Origin: an uncultured Verrucomicrobiae bacterium
Lineage (GTDB): Bacteria; Verrucomicrobiota; Verrucomicrobiia; Chthoniobacterales; Terrimicrobiaceae
Reading direction: 5' to 3'
DNA length: 64,000 nt
NCBI GenBank assembly: GCA_963706955.1
Contig: CAVPOC010000015.1
Location: forward strand, 35,700 to 99,699
Below, in pieces: positions 1 to 10,242 of the stretch. The notes beneath the pieces were generated by a model. The model did not search any database. It was given only the letters and a program-made list of their open reading frames with translations, and was not told where the DNA came from. A program made the translations under genes and the position numbers. Each line of letters opens with the position of its first letter. The stretch's first letter is position 1.

Positions 1-252
1 ACGCTCACCCAACCACTTTACCATGCGCTCATCCTTCTCGATTAGCGTTAGAAGAATATCTTCGCGAACGAGCAACTCGGTTAGCGCACCCAGCCCGGGT
101 CCTATCTCCACGACGTGGTCCCCGGCCTGAGCGCGAAGCTGCCCGACGATCCAACGGGCCAGATTCATATCGTGAAGGAAGTTCTGCCCCAAACTTCGGA
201 CTGGACGCGTGCCGAGCAAGGTCAAGGCGTGCTGAATTTCGGTGCGCGTCAT
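1..252 (-). CDS. rsmA: 16S rRNA adenine dimethyltransferase RsmA/KsgA (5' part, runs off window)
   Basis: Hand translation from ATG at 252: MTRTEIQHALTLLGTRPVRSLGQNFLHD...VVEIGPGLGALT...IEKD. Contains the GQNFL motif and the SAM-binding EIGPGxG motif. Not in the ORF track. Confidence 0.93.
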   Translation of the reverse strand, partial: MTRTEIQHALTLLGTRPVRSLGQNFLHDMNLARWIVGQLRAQAGDHVVEIGPGLGALTELLVREDILLTLIEKDERMVKWLGER

Positions 253-418
253 CCGCTTGGTGTCACAAATTCCTGACTCATTCACAAAAGAGTAGTGAAC
301 AAGTAATCCAAGGACCAACGGATTGTTCTCAAGTTATTCACAGGGCCGGGCGGCTCGGAAATGAGAAATCCCCGCTTGAGACACGCTCCGGTATAAGGCA
401 GCGTATGGACCTGCCCAA

Positions 419-1423
419 ATGAAGAAGTCCGGCTGCGTCATCATCGCGCTCTTTGTTGCTCTTTGTGTGAGCATGTTTGTCAACCTGATGCTCTTCGCGG
501 CTTTGGTGGGTTTGCGCGGCTCGAGCAATGTTACCGCGAGTCGCATTCTTCGTGAGAAGGAGTTTGAGGAAGTTCTCGTCAAGGACGGCACAACTCCGGG
601 GCAGAAGATTGCGGTTATCCCGTTGGAAGGCATCATCGCCTTCAACCAATCAAGTGGCCTTGGTGAGGATGTGGTTCAGGGTTTCAAGAATGCACTCGAG
701 CAGGCTCGCACCGATGCCCAAGTCAAAGCGGTTGTCATTTCGGTCGATAGCCCCGGCGGTGAAATTACCGCGTCCGACGTGCTCTACAACAGCTTGAGGG
801 AATTCAGCAAGGAGAAGCCGTCGGTGATCTATTTTAACTCGATCGGAGCCTCCGGTGCGTACTACGCAGCATGCGGAGCCAGCTATATCATGTGCAACGC
901 CACCACGTTCACTGGCTCGATCGGAGTAATCATCTCGACGCTCAACTATCGCGACCTTTTGGGAAAGGTCGGTCTCGAGGCGGTGGTTTTCAAAAGTGGG
1001 AAGTTCAAGGATATGCTCAGCGGCGCGCGGGAGATGACTCCGGAAGAGAAGGCGTATGTGGAGGGTCTCGTCATGCAGAGCTACGATCGCTTTGTCGGAA
1101 TCGTGGCCAAGTCGAGAAACCTTGATGAACAGAGCCTGCGTGGCGGTGTTGCCGATGGCCGTATCCTCAGCGGAACCGACGCCTATGCCGCAAACCTCGT
1201 GAACCAACTCGGCTATGTCGAGGATGCTTTTGCGAAAGCTCGTGAACTCGGTGCGGCTCCGGGAGCACGTGTCGTTCGCTACAAGCGACCAATATCTCTA
1301 GGCAGCCTCTTAAGGATGCTTGGTCAAACGGAAACACCTTCAATCAAGGTTGACTTCCTCGAAGGTGTTCCCCGCCTCCAACCGGGACGAACTTATTTGC
1401 TGCCGCCCTTCTTTGCACCGTAG
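419..1423 (+). CDS. sppA: Signal peptide peptidase SppA (S49)
   Basis: N-terminal TM helix; DSPGG, ASGAYY (catalytic Ser), TGSIGV and KSGKFKD motifs. Confidence 0.93.
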   Translation: MKKSGCVIIALFVALCVSMFVNLMLFAALVGLRGSSNVTASRILREKEFEEVLVKDGTTPGQKIAVIPLEGIIAFNQSSGLGEDVVQGFKNALEQARTDAQVKAVVISVDSPGGEITASDVLYNSLREFSKEKPSVIYFNSIGASGAYYAACGASYIMCNATTFTGSIGVIISTLNYRDLLGKVGLEAVVFKSGKFKDMLSGAREMTPEEKAYVEGLVMQSYDRFVGIVAKSRNLDEQSLRGGVADGRILSGTDAYAANLVNQLGYVEDAFAKARELGAAPGARVVRYKRPISLGSLLRMLGQTETPSIKVDFLEGVPRLQPGRTYLLPPFFAP

Positions 1424-1573
1424 TCTTCTGATAGCTACGCATATGCCATCTAGCCTCCAGGTTCGGAAGGTGCGAGGAGGGCGTGCGTTAGTGATCATGG
1501 AGGGCCGCTGCCAAAGCGATGGAAGATCGCGTCACACGATCGTAGACAATTCAACGGTCTCCTCGGGCGTCTA

Positions 1574-2353
1574 GTGGAACTACTTTTCTCGGGAACCCTC
1601 AGCGTCGGTAGTTTGGTCTACTTTTATCGGCTCGCGACCAATCCGGCAGCCTTCCAATCCAGCTCGCACATCCGGGCTCAGGCCTACGGAACTCCTGACG
1701 TTGTCTTCACCACGGTCCTGGTCCTCTTGTTGCTGATTAACATTTTGGGTTCAAGCGATCGCCTGGTGGAGCTGGACACGCAAATGCTGATCGTCGGTGC
1801 CGTCTTTTCGCTTTTGTTGTTATCTATTGTTCTAAGTTTTCTACTTCTTCGGGCTCGAAATCCGCTGGAACTTTTCGGACTACAAGGCGTCTCCTGGTCG
1901 ACAAACCTGAAGGCCGCCTTTGTTGGTCTGCTGGCGGCTTTGCCATTAGTCTATTTTATTCACTCTGTCTGTCTGGTACTTTTGGGTGCCCAGGCCGAGC
2001 CGCAGCCGCTGATCCAATTTCTTGCTCAAAACCCCAGCCTGGAGGACCGGATCCTATTGATTGGCACGGCGCTGGTGATTGCACCAGTGGCAGAGGAATT
2101 GATCTTCAGAGGCTATCTGTTTGGAGTGCTTTGTCGCTACACCGGTAAGTGGTGGGCTTTACTGATCAGTGCCCTGATATTTGCCGCAATCCATGCGCAC
2201 ATCCCCTCCCTCGCCGGCCTCTTCGCTCTCGCCATCACGCTGACGTTGGTTTACGAAGGAACGGGGTCTCTTTGGGCTGCCATTCTCATGCATTCGCTTT
2301 TTAATGCGATCACAGTCGTCTTCACGCTCGCATGGCCAGATCTGGTGAAATGA
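1574..2353 (+). CDS. CPBP/CAAX (Abi) family intramembrane metalloprotease
   Basis: Multiple TM helices; APVAEELIFRG, FAAIH and HSLFN motifs. Confidence 0.9.
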   Translation: MELLFSGTLSVGSLVYFYRLATNPAAFQSSSHIRAQAYGTPDVVFTTVLVLLLLINILGSSDRLVELDTQMLIVGAVFSLLLLSIVLSFLLLRARNPLELFGLQGVSWSTNLKAAFVGLLAALPLVYFIHSVCLVLLGAQAEPQPLIQFLAQNPSLEDRILLIGTALVIAPVAEELIFRGYLFGVLCRYTGKWWALLISALIFAAIHAHIPSLAGLFALAITLTLVYEGTGSLWAAILMHSLFNAITVVFTLAWPDLVK

Positions 2354-3264
2354 GGCTTCGGGATCTCGGCGAAGATCGGCTTCTCGAGATCCTTCTGCCT
2401 AACCTTCCCGTTGGACGAGATACAGTCGTCGGAACCGGCGACGATTGTGCTGTCGTGAAAGCGCCAGGAAATGGGATGATGCTTCTCCTGAAGACCGACT
2501 GCATTGTCGAGGGGATTCATTATTACGCCAACGAGGAACCTGCGCGAGTGGGGTGGAAGGCCCTCTGCCGAACTCTGAGCGACGTGGCCGCGATGGGCGG
2601 GGAGCCACTCCATGCGCTGATCACCGTCTTCTCTCCGGAGGATCGTCGCGTGGCCTATTGGAAATCGCTTTACAGGGGTCTTTCCAAGGCAGCCAAGCGC
2701 TTTGGAGTTGGGATCATCGGAGGTGAGACTTCCCGATCTCGCTGCGCCGCGATATCCGTCGCGATGGTCGGCCGCGTCGAGGCTGATCATTTGGTAACAA
2801 GATCGGGCGGCCAACCGAAGGACATCCTCTGCGTCACGGGAACGCTTGGCGGTTCGCTTGCCGGAAGGCACCTGGACTTTGTCCCGCGCGTCACCGAAGG
2901 CCGCTGGCTCGGCAAACGGAGATACGCACGGGCGATGATGGATCTAAGCGACGGCTTGGCGGCAGACCTCCCGCGACTGGCGGCGGCAAGCAATTGCAGC
3001 TTCAGGCTCGACGTCAATGCGGTGCCAAAGGCACGTGGGTGCGACTCCAGGCGAGCCATCTCCGACGGAGAGGACTATGAATTGCTCATCGCGGTCTCCC
3101 CACGAATGATCGAATCGTTGCGCCGCAGCTGGAGGAAAATTTTCCCCAAGCTCAAGTTGACAGCGATTGGCGAACTCACCGAGCCGGGAACGCCGCCTGT
3201 CGGCCTACCGCGCGGGTTTGACCATTTTTTGTCTGGCGCGAATCCACCCGGCCACGCCAGCTAA
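2350..3264 (+). CDS. thiL: Thiamine-monophosphate kinase
   Basis: GDDCAV, SDVAAMG, MMDLSDGL and DGEDYELL motifs. The ATG at 2350 overlaps the upstream stop (ATGA). Confidence 0.93.
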   Translation: MRLRDLGEDRLLEILLPNLPVGRDTVVGTGDDCAVVKAPGNGMMLLLKTDCIVEGIHYYANEEPARVGWKALCRTLSDVAAMGGEPLHALITVFSPEDRRVAYWKSLYRGLSKAAKRFGVGIIGGETSRSRCAAISVAMVGRVEADHLVTRSGGQPKDILCVTGTLGGSLAGRHLDFVPRVTEGRWLGKRRYARAMMDLSDGLAADLPRLAAASNCSFRLDVNAVPKARGCDSRRAISDGEDYELLIAVSPRMIESLRRSWRKIFPKLKLTAIGELTEPGTPPVGLPRGFDHFLSGANPPGHAS

Positions 3265-3351
3265 GAGAATGTTGCAGGACGCAGGCCTCAACAAAAGGAC
3301 ATCTCGGCGGGGAAGCCTGGGAAAGAAGTATTTCCTTCGCACAAACGCGGA

Positions 3352-4416
3352 ATGATTCGCTTTAAATATCATCCGCCCGGCACACCGCCAGCAACGCTGG
3401 TGCCGCATACGCCCAAGACAGGCCCGTCGGTTATTACGCTCATCCAATACGACAGCGAGAACATCTTCGAAGCGCAGATCGATACCTTCGAGGACTTGAT
3501 CGAGCGATTTGATCCATCGATGACGAATTGGATAAACGTGGATGGCCTTCACGATGTGGCGCTTCTTCGAAAGTTGGGAGAACGTTTCAATATCCATCCC
3601 CTCGCCTTGGAGGATGTCCTCAACACGACCCAGCGCCCGAAAGTGGAAAACTACACTGACCATTTCTTCATAGTCAGTGACATGATCTACGAGGAAAATG
3701 GGAAAATAGTCCTGGAACAGTTAAGCATCTTCCTGGGCAAATCCTTTGTTCTGACAATTCAAGAGGAGAGTGAGCGTGACGTTTTCGAACAAGTCCGCGC
3801 TCGCTTGCGAGCGGGCCGCGGCTACGCACGTAAGATGAAGGCTGATTATCTTGCCTACGCGTTGCTCGACGCCACCGTGGATCAATTTTACCCAATCTTA
3901 GAGTCGCTCGGTGGCTCCATCGAGTCCCTCGAGGAAGAATTGCTGGCCAAGCCCTCGCGAGATACCCTGCGTCGCCTCTACCAACAGAAGCGCGTTTTGC
4001 TCCAGCTTCGCCGGATCGCGTGGCCGCAGCGGGAAATTTTCAATACTGTTATCCGCGACGATTCCGGACTGATCGAAAAAGAGACTCAGGTTTTCCTCCG
4101 AGATTGTTACGATCACGTTTCGCACGTCATCGACATTCTCGAAAACTTTCGCGACCTTTCCACAGGTCTTATGGACCTCTATCTGTCCAGTCTCGGTTTT
4201 CGGACCAACGAAGTGGTCCGCGTTTTGACAGTCATCTCGAGCATCTTTATTCCATTGACGTTTTTGGCCGGCGTTTACGGCATGAATTTCAACACAGAAT
4301 ACCGGTGGAACATGCCCGAGTTGAACTGGCCTTTCGGTTACTTGCTGTGCCTTGCAGCCATGGCGTCGATTGCCATAGGGATGGTAATCTTTTTCAAGCG
4401 TAAGAAGTGGCTGTAA
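3352..4416 (+). CDS. corA: Magnesium/cobalt transporter CorA
   Basis: HPLALED, QRPK, YGMNF and MPEL signatures; two C-terminal TM helices. Confidence 0.95.
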   Translation: MIRFKYHPPGTPPATLVPHTPKTGPSVITLIQYDSENIFEAQIDTFEDLIERFDPSMTNWINVDGLHDVALLRKLGERFNIHPLALEDVLNTTQRPKVENYTDHFFIVSDMIYEENGKIVLEQLSIFLGKSFVLTIQEESERDVFEQVRARLRAGRGYARKMKADYLAYALLDATVDQFYPILESLGGSIESLEEELLAKPSRDTLRRLYQQKRVLLQLRRIAWPQREIFNTVIRDDSGLIEKETQVFLRDCYDHVSHVIDILENFRDLSTGLMDLYLSSLGFRTNEVVRVLTVISSIFIPLTFLAGVYGMNFNTEYRWNMPELNWPFGYLLCLAAMASIAIGMVIFFKRKKWL

Positions 4417-5513
4417 AATCCATCTTGATTCTGACAGCAGGTTTTGGCGAAGGCCATAACGCCGCGGCTCGCAATCTGCAGGAAGCCATCGCGGCTGAAT
4501 CACCTGACACCCCGTGCGTCGTCCACGACGTATTTCGCGACGCCTACGGGCGACTCACCCGAATCGTGGAAAACGGTTACGTCGCGGTCATCAATCACCT
4601 TCCTTCGCTCTGGCAAACCGCGTTCGAGCTATTCGACCGCACACGCCTGGTCGAACAGCACATCAAGTGGTATGGAGCTGCGGCTCGTCGCTTGACCCAG
4701 CTGATTGCCGAACGCCAGCCTTCAGTCATCGTCTCCACATATCCAGGGTGTAATCATCTTCTTGATCACCTTTTCCGGAAAAGGCTCAAACGTCCGTTCA
4801 CATTGGTGACAATCGTCACTGATTCGCTGTCCATCAACTCGGTCTGGCACCGCGCACAGAGCGACTTCTTCCTGGTAGCGAATGATCTAACCGCGGAGGT
4901 CCTCGCGCAGGCAGGCGTTCCTATCCAAAAAGTACGGATCTTCGGTTTTCCAGTTCCTCGGATATTTGCCAGCTTCAATGGAACGCGCTCGGTGCCACCG
5001 CCCGATGGACGCTGGCGCGTCCTGTATGTCATCAACTCCGGTCGCCACTTAGCGACCGAAATTACACGACGTCTGCTCGCCCTTGAAGAGGTGAGTCTCA
5101 CGGTCACCGTTGGGCGCGATCACGATCTCGCCCGCCAACTGACGCTCGTCGCGACCGAAAATCGTGGGAGACTCGACATTCGCGGCTGGACGCTAGAAAT
5201 GCCTCAGTTGATGGCGGAAAGCCATCTTCTCATCAGCAAGGCAGGCGGCGCCACCGTCCAAGAAGCCCTCGCGGCCAGAACCCCCCTGATCATCACGCAG
5301 ATTGTCCCCGGGCAGGAGGAAGGCAATGCCCGGCTCGTTATCGAAAAAGAAGCGGGAGCGCTGGCGACAACGCCGCTGGAAATCTCCGCCACAACACGTC
5401 GAGCGTTTGCCAATGGCGCTCAAGAGCTGCTTAGATGGCAGCGTGCAGCCGCCTCGCTCGCTCGACCCAATGCGGCCGATGAAACCGCCCGGTTTGTCCT
5501 CAGCCTGATTTAA
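4407..5513 (+). CDS. MGDG-synthase/UgtP-like GT28 glycosyltransferase (probable glycolipid synthase)
   Basis: GFGEGHNAAA, VTD, ISKAGGAT and PGQEEGN motifs. Confidence 0.85.
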   Translation: MAVKSILILTAGFGEGHNAAARNLQEAIAAESPDTPCVVHDVFRDAYGRLTRIVENGYVAVINHLPSLWQTAFELFDRTRLVEQHIKWYGAAARRLTQLIAERQPSVIVSTYPGCNHLLDHLFRKRLKRPFTLVTIVTDSLSINSVWHRAQSDFFLVANDLTAEVLAQAGVPIQKVRIFGFPVPRIFASFNGTRSVPPPDGRWRVLYVINSGRHLATEITRRLLALEEVSLTVTVGRDHDLARQLTLVATENRGRLDIRGWTLEMPQLMAESHLLISKAGGATVQEALAARTPLIITQIVPGQEEGNARLVIEKEAGALATTPLEISATTRRAFANGAQELLRWQRAAASLARPNAADETARFVLSLI

Positions 5514-5529
5514 CTGAATCGAGGTGACT

Positions 5530-6168
5530 TCACGTTTCACAATATCGGTCGCCAGCGTCCCCTAGTCCCGGGACAATGTAGGCGCGTTCGTTGAGTTTTT
5601 CGTCGAGAGCTGCGAGAAAGATGGGGACTTCAGGATGCTGTCTTTTGAAATGTTCCGCCCCCGTGATGCAGCCAAGTAAGGCTATCAGGCGAAGGCGTCT
5701 GGCTCCCTCGGCCTTGAGCTTGGCTGCCGCATCTGCGGCGCTATTCCCCGTGGCCAGCATCGGGTCAACCAGGAAGATGTCAGAATCTGCGAGATCAAGT
5801 GGCGCTTTGAAGTAGTAGCTCATCGGTTCAAACGTCGTCTCATTCCTGTAAGTGCCCACATGGCCGAGCCTTGCCTCCGGAACGACTTCCAACATTGCTT
5901 CCGCCATTCCAAGACCGGCGCGGAGAATGGGGACGACCGTTACCCGTTTGAAAAGTTTGTGTCCTTTGCATCGTTCGAGCGGCGTCTCGATTTCGATCTC
6001 CGCGACTTCGAGATCACGGGTGGCCTCAAAAGCCAGCAGCGCAGTCACCTCGTGCAGCGTCCTCCGGAAAAGCTCAGTCGGAGTTTCCTTGTTCCGTAAA
6101 ATCGTCACCTTTGACTTGATGAGAGGATGATCAACGATAGTGCAGCCGGCTAACCTACGCTCCAACAT
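5530..6168 (-). CDS. upp: Uracil phosphoribosyltransferase
   Basis: VPILRAGLGM, DPMLATG and YIVPGLGDAGDR motifs. Start chosen at ATG 6168. Confidence 0.95.
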   Translation of the reverse strand: MLERRLAGCTIVDHPLIKSKVTILRNKETPTELFRRTLHEVTALLAFEATRDLEVAEIEIETPLERCKGHKLFKRVTVVPILRAGLGMAEAMLEVVPEARLGHVGTYRNETTFEPMSYYFKAPLDLADSDIFLVDPMLATGNSAADAAAKLKAEGARRLRLIALLGCITGAEHFKRQHPEVPIFLAALDEKLNERAYIVPGLGDAGDRYCET

Positions 6169-6325
6169 GTCCCGGAGAATACATGATCGCCCCAAGGAGG
6201 ACAGGACACAGTCGATTACTGATCGAACCGGCACGCGAACGCCCTCGCTCCGCTGCGCCTAACCGTGGCGGATGCACCTGACGCGTGACATGCGCCGATT
6301 TTTTCAGACACTCTTCGGAAAAACG

Positions 6326-7336
6326 ATGAAGACAAAAGTCAAATGGGGAGTTCTTGGCGTGGCGGAGATCGCCATCAGAAAGGTTATCCCAGCGATGCAA
6401 CGGGGCGAGTGCTCGGAAGTCGTCGCCATCGCGTCGAGAGATTTGGAGCGTGCGAAATCCGCGGCCACGAAGCTCGGAATTTCCAAGCCCTATGGATCGT
6501 ATGAGGAGCTCTTAGCGGATCCTGACATCGAAGCCGTCTATAATCCCCTTCCCAACCACCTTCACGTTCCCTGGTCAATCAAGGCCATGGAGGCAGGCAA
6601 ACATGTGCTTTGCGAAAAGCCCATTAGCCTGACCGTCGACGAGGCAAAAGAGCTGCTGAAAGCCCGGGATCGAACCGGTATGAAGATCGCGGAAGCCTTT
6701 ATGGTGCGAACCCACCCGCAATGGGTAAAGGTCTTCGAGTTGATCGCTGCCGGCAGGATCGGCGCGGTCCGCTCGATTATCGGTTACTTCAGCTACTTTA
6801 ATCGGGATGCGAAGAACATCCGCAACATTCTCGCCTACGGCGGAGGAGCCCTCATGGACATCGGGTGCTACCTCATATATACCTCACGATCGGCATTCGC
6901 CGCCGAGCCCACACGCGTTTGCGGTCTCATCGAATTTGACCGAGACACTGGAACCGACGTGTTGAGTTCCGCCATGCTCGACTTCCCGACCGGCCAGTCG
7001 GTATTCACCTGCAGCACGCAAGTGGTCCCCTATCAACGCGTCCAGATCCTGGGGACCGAACGAAGAATCGAAGTAGAAATACCCTTCAATGCTCCGCCGG
7101 ATAAACCCTGCCGCATTTTCGTGGACGACGGTTCCGATTTCTCAGGTCGCAGTGCGGAGATCTTGAAGTTCGCCGTTTGCAACCAATACACCATCCAGGG
7201 GGATTCCTTTTCGAGGAGCATTCGTGAAGGCACTGAGCTTTCTGTCTCCCTGGAAGGCTCGATTCGAAACATGGCTGTCATCGAAGCCGTCCTTCGCTCA
7301 GCCAAATCCAACCAATGGGAAACTCCAGCGGTCTAG
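6326..7336 (+). CDS. Gfo/Idh/MocA family oxidoreductase
   Basis: WGVLGVAEIA Rossmann fold; NPLPNHLH, HVLCEKP and GGGALMDIGCY motifs. Confidence 0.9.
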   Translation: MKTKVKWGVLGVAEIAIRKVIPAMQRGECSEVVAIASRDLERAKSAATKLGISKPYGSYEELLADPDIEAVYNPLPNHLHVPWSIKAMEAGKHVLCEKPISLTVDEAKELLKARDRTGMKIAEAFMVRTHPQWVKVFELIAAGRIGAVRSIIGYFSYFNRDAKNIRNILAYGGGALMDIGCYLIYTSRSAFAAEPTRVCGLIEFDRDTGTDVLSSAMLDFPTGQSVFTCSTQVVPYQRVQILGTERRIEVEIPFNAPPDKPCRIFVDDGSDFSGRSAEILKFAVCNQYTIQGDSFSRSIREGTELSVSLEGSIRNMAVIEAVLRSAKSNQWETPAV

Positions 7337-7354
7337 TGGTGACGCGCTCGCCCG

Positions 7355-8416
7355 CTAAACCCGGACGGGGCGCTGCTCCTCGTCAGATTTGAAACAGGCA
7401 TCCAGGATCTTCTGGATCTCGGCGCCCCGGGAGAAGTCCGGCTGATCTTGCTTGCCTGTCAGAATCGAATTGACGAACCGCTTATACATGGTGGGAACGG
7501 GCGCGGTGGTCACGTCTTTCCAAAGGCCTTTATCCAGGTCTTTGCCGACGCTGATACGATATCCTTTGGTCGTCCGTTCGGAATCAATCTCCACAGAGCC
7601 CTTGGTGCCGGAGATCTTGAGGTAAAGGCGATTGATGTGACCACCGGCCCAGCGAGTCGTATGGATGGTGCCAAGCGCTCCATTCTTGAACTCGATGCTT
7701 AGGACGGCGGAGTCGTTCGCATCGAGCACATACTCACCGACCCGGTCGCGGGGAGCTTTTCGGAACGCTTTCAGCCGGCAATACACCGACGAAATGTGCC
7801 CAACCGGATAGGTTGCGAAGTCGAGAATGTGCACGCCGACATCGCCGAGGGCTCCCTTGCTTCCATGCAGTGTGGATAGACGCCAAAGCCATGTCGGGGT
7901 CGTGCGCCAGTCGCCCCAGATCTTACTCGGCAGCCACGATTGAAGATAGCTCGCCTCCACATGCCGCATCTCACCCAGCCCGCCTCGCTGCACCAGAGCC
8001 GCAACTCCTTGAATGCATGACCAGTCGCGGTAGGAGAGATTGATCATATTGATGAGACCGCTCTTGTTGGCGACGGCTACCATGCGCCGAGCGTCGGCGT
8101 AATTCAGCGCCAGCGGCTTTTCACAAAGGACGTGCTTCCCCGCTTGCAAGCACTTGATCGAAAGTGCCGCGTGGAAAGCGTCCGGAGTGACGTTGCTAAC
8201 CGCGTCGATATCGGCGCGAGCAAGCACATCTTCCAGGCTGGTGTAAGCTGCGGGAATTCCGTGCTGCTTACAGAAAGCGCCGGCACGAGCCTGGTCCACA
8301 TCCACTGCAGCCACAATCTGACAATTGGCGACCTCTCGAAATCTCTCGACGTGAAAGTCGGCCATGCGGCCTGTGCCGAGAATCGCCAGACGGACAACTC
8401 TTTTCGTTTTGCTCAT
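7355..8416 (-). CDS. Gfo/Idh/MocA oxidoreductase (ThuB-like position)
   Basis: ILGTGRMA, HVLCEKP and GALGDVGVH motifs; directly downstream of thuA. Confidence 0.88.
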   Translation of the reverse strand: MSKTKRVVRLAILGTGRMADFHVERFREVANCQIVAAVDVDQARAGAFCKQHGIPAAYTSLEDVLARADIDAVSNVTPDAFHAALSIKCLQAGKHVLCEKPLALNYADARRMVAVANKSGLINMINLSYRDWSCIQGVAALVQRGGLGEMRHVEASYLQSWLPSKIWGDWRTTPTWLWRLSTLHGSKGALGDVGVHILDFATYPVGHISSVYCRLKAFRKAPRDRVGEYVLDANDSAVLSIEFKNGALGTIHTTRWAGGHINRLYLKISGTKGSVEIDSERTTKGYRISVGKDLDKGLWKDVTTAPVPTMYKRFVNSILTGKQDQPDFSRGAEIQKILDACFKSDEEQRPVRV

Positions 8417-8433
8417 GACAAGAATGATTCGAA

Positions 8434-9204
8434 TTACCGGTGGCCGACGGTTGAACGCAAGTGCGCGTCTGCATCCTGCGGGAGCTGCTCAAGTGGAGGA
8501 GAGTTTGGACACGCGTCGGGAATTCGGACGGTCGGTCGAGCCCAGTGCACAGCATTGATGATGATGCGCTGGACCTCCGGAATATAGTAAGTTGGATAGG
8601 TTTCGTGGCCCGGACGGAAGTAGAAGATGCGACCGTTACCGCGGGACCAGGTGCACCCGCTGCGAAATACCTCCCCACCGGTGAACCACGAGATAAAAAT
8701 CAGCTCGTCGGGAGCGGGGATGCCAAATGGCTCACCGTACATTTCCTCGGCAGGAACCTCGAAATATTCGCCAATCCCTTGTGCGATCGGATGCGCGGGC
8801 ATCACGTTCCAAACGCGTTCCTTGTCATTAGCCTCACGCCACTTGAGCGAACAGGTAGTGCCCATGAGGGCTTTGAAGAGCTTGGCGTAGTGGCCAGAGT
8901 GCAGAACGACAAGACCCATTCCTTCAAGGACGCGCTTTTTGGCGCGCTCGACAATTTCGTCCTCAACGTCCCCATGGGCCATATGCCCCCACCACAGGAG
9001 CACATCCGTCTGATCAAGAACGGACTCGCTGAGACCGTGCTCCGGCTCGTCGAGAGTCGCCGTGCGCACCTCAAAACTGGATTCCTTCCGAAGGAAGGCT
9101 GCGATCGCCTCGTGCATGCCTTGAGGATAGATCGCGGCAACCTGGTCACTCTTTTTTTCATGGCGAAACTCGCCCCAAACGGTAACGTTAAACGAAGTAG
9201 ACAT
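8434..9204 (-). CDS. thuA: Trehalose utilization protein ThuA family
   Basis: [32 protein letters not shown] and PGHETYP motifs typical of ThuA. Confidence 0.88.
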   Translation of the reverse strand: MSTSFNVTVWGEFRHEKKSDQVAAIYPQGMHEAIAAFLRKESSFEVRTATLDEPEHGLSESVLDQTDVLLWWGHMAHGDVEDEIVERAKKRVLEGMGLVVLHSGHYAKLFKALMGTTCSLKWREANDKERVWNVMPAHPIAQGIGEYFEVPAEEMYGEPFGIPAPDELIFISWFTGGEVFRSGCTWSRGNGRIFYFRPGHETYPTYYIPEVQRIIINAVHWARPTVRIPDACPNSPPLEQLPQDADAHLRSTVGHR

Positions 9205-9297
9205 ACGAATTTTCCGCTTTAACTATCTCAGCTTCTCTTCCCGCGGCAACGGCGACAAGTTGCATTTGTCTGCGATTAGTAGTAAAAATCCGACCCT

Positions 9298-10149
9298 GTG
9301 CTGGCGATTGCGCGAGATCTCGAACGGGCGCTCTCTTCGCTTCGGACCGGGCAATTGAAGATCCGCATCGCCAAACAGACCGGGCTTTTTCAGCGCAAGC
9401 GAGGTTGTTTCTTTCATACTACCCCGGAGTTGTTTATTCAGACCGGCGGCGCCACAGATTTCGAGTGCCCGGGCGAAGTTTTCCGGGTTCGTAGTCGCGA
9501 AGTTTGCGTGATGCCCAGCGGGGTTGCTCATGCAGAGACGCCGGTGGATCTGAAAACTCCCTACGGGGTTTTAGTGTGTATGCATGCGCGCGACGGATTC
9601 ATCATCCAGCGCGCGGCGGCAACCCCCCAACAAGAGATCGTCGCGGTGAGTACCGAGCATCTCTCCAGTCCGCGCGGTCGAGCGGGATTTCGATATCTGG
9701 ACGAAATGCCATCAGGATCAATGGTCCCCGACAACTACCGATGGACCTTCGAACAAAGCTTGCTGGAGGCTTTTCTGATCACCTTGCTTAGCGAGTTAAA
9801 CCGGCCCGCCGCCGGGGATGCTTCCCGCTCGCCGTTGGTCGTCGAGGCTGAGAAACTTGCCCGCACCTTGCTTCCCGATCCCGACTTGTCGGTGGCACGT
9901 CTGGCACGTTCGCTGGGATGCTCAGCCGACTATCTCTCTCGGCGTTTCCACGAAGAGCGCGGTATGACCCTGACAGCATGGATCACCCGCGAGCGGATGG
10001 ACATAGCAAAGGATCTGCTGGCCGACCCACAACGCAATGTCGCCGAGATTTGCTGGGCTTGCGGCTTCAACGCGCCTTCCTATTTCATTCGCGTTTTCCG
10101 ACAGCACACAGGCACCACGCCACGCGCGTTCCGGATGACAGGAATTTAG
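9298..10149 (+). CDS. AraC family transcriptional regulator
   Basis: Cupin-like N-terminus (HxxPE...H) and C-terminal double HTH (ACGFNAPSYFIRVFRQHTGTTP); divergent from thuA. Confidence 0.9.
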   Translation: MLAIARDLERALSSLRTGQLKIRIAKQTGLFQRKRGCFFHTTPELFIQTGGATDFECPGEVFRVRSREVCVMPSGVAHAETPVDLKTPYGVLVCMHARDGFIIQRAAATPQQEIVAVSTEHLSSPRGRAGFRYLDEMPSGSMVPDNYRWTFEQSLLEAFLITLLSELNRPAAGDASRSPLVVEAEKLARTLLPDPDLSVARLARSLGCSADYLSRRFHEERGMTLTAWITRERMDIAKDLLADPQRNVAEICWACGFNAPSYFIRVFRQHTGTTPRAFRMTGI

Positions 10150-10242
10150 CCTAAATCGGAAAATCGCAGGTTCGCTGGCACTACCGTTTCGACCAATGCT
10201 CAGCAGTTTGCGGCTGGAGTACCAAATCGCCAATAAACGGAC

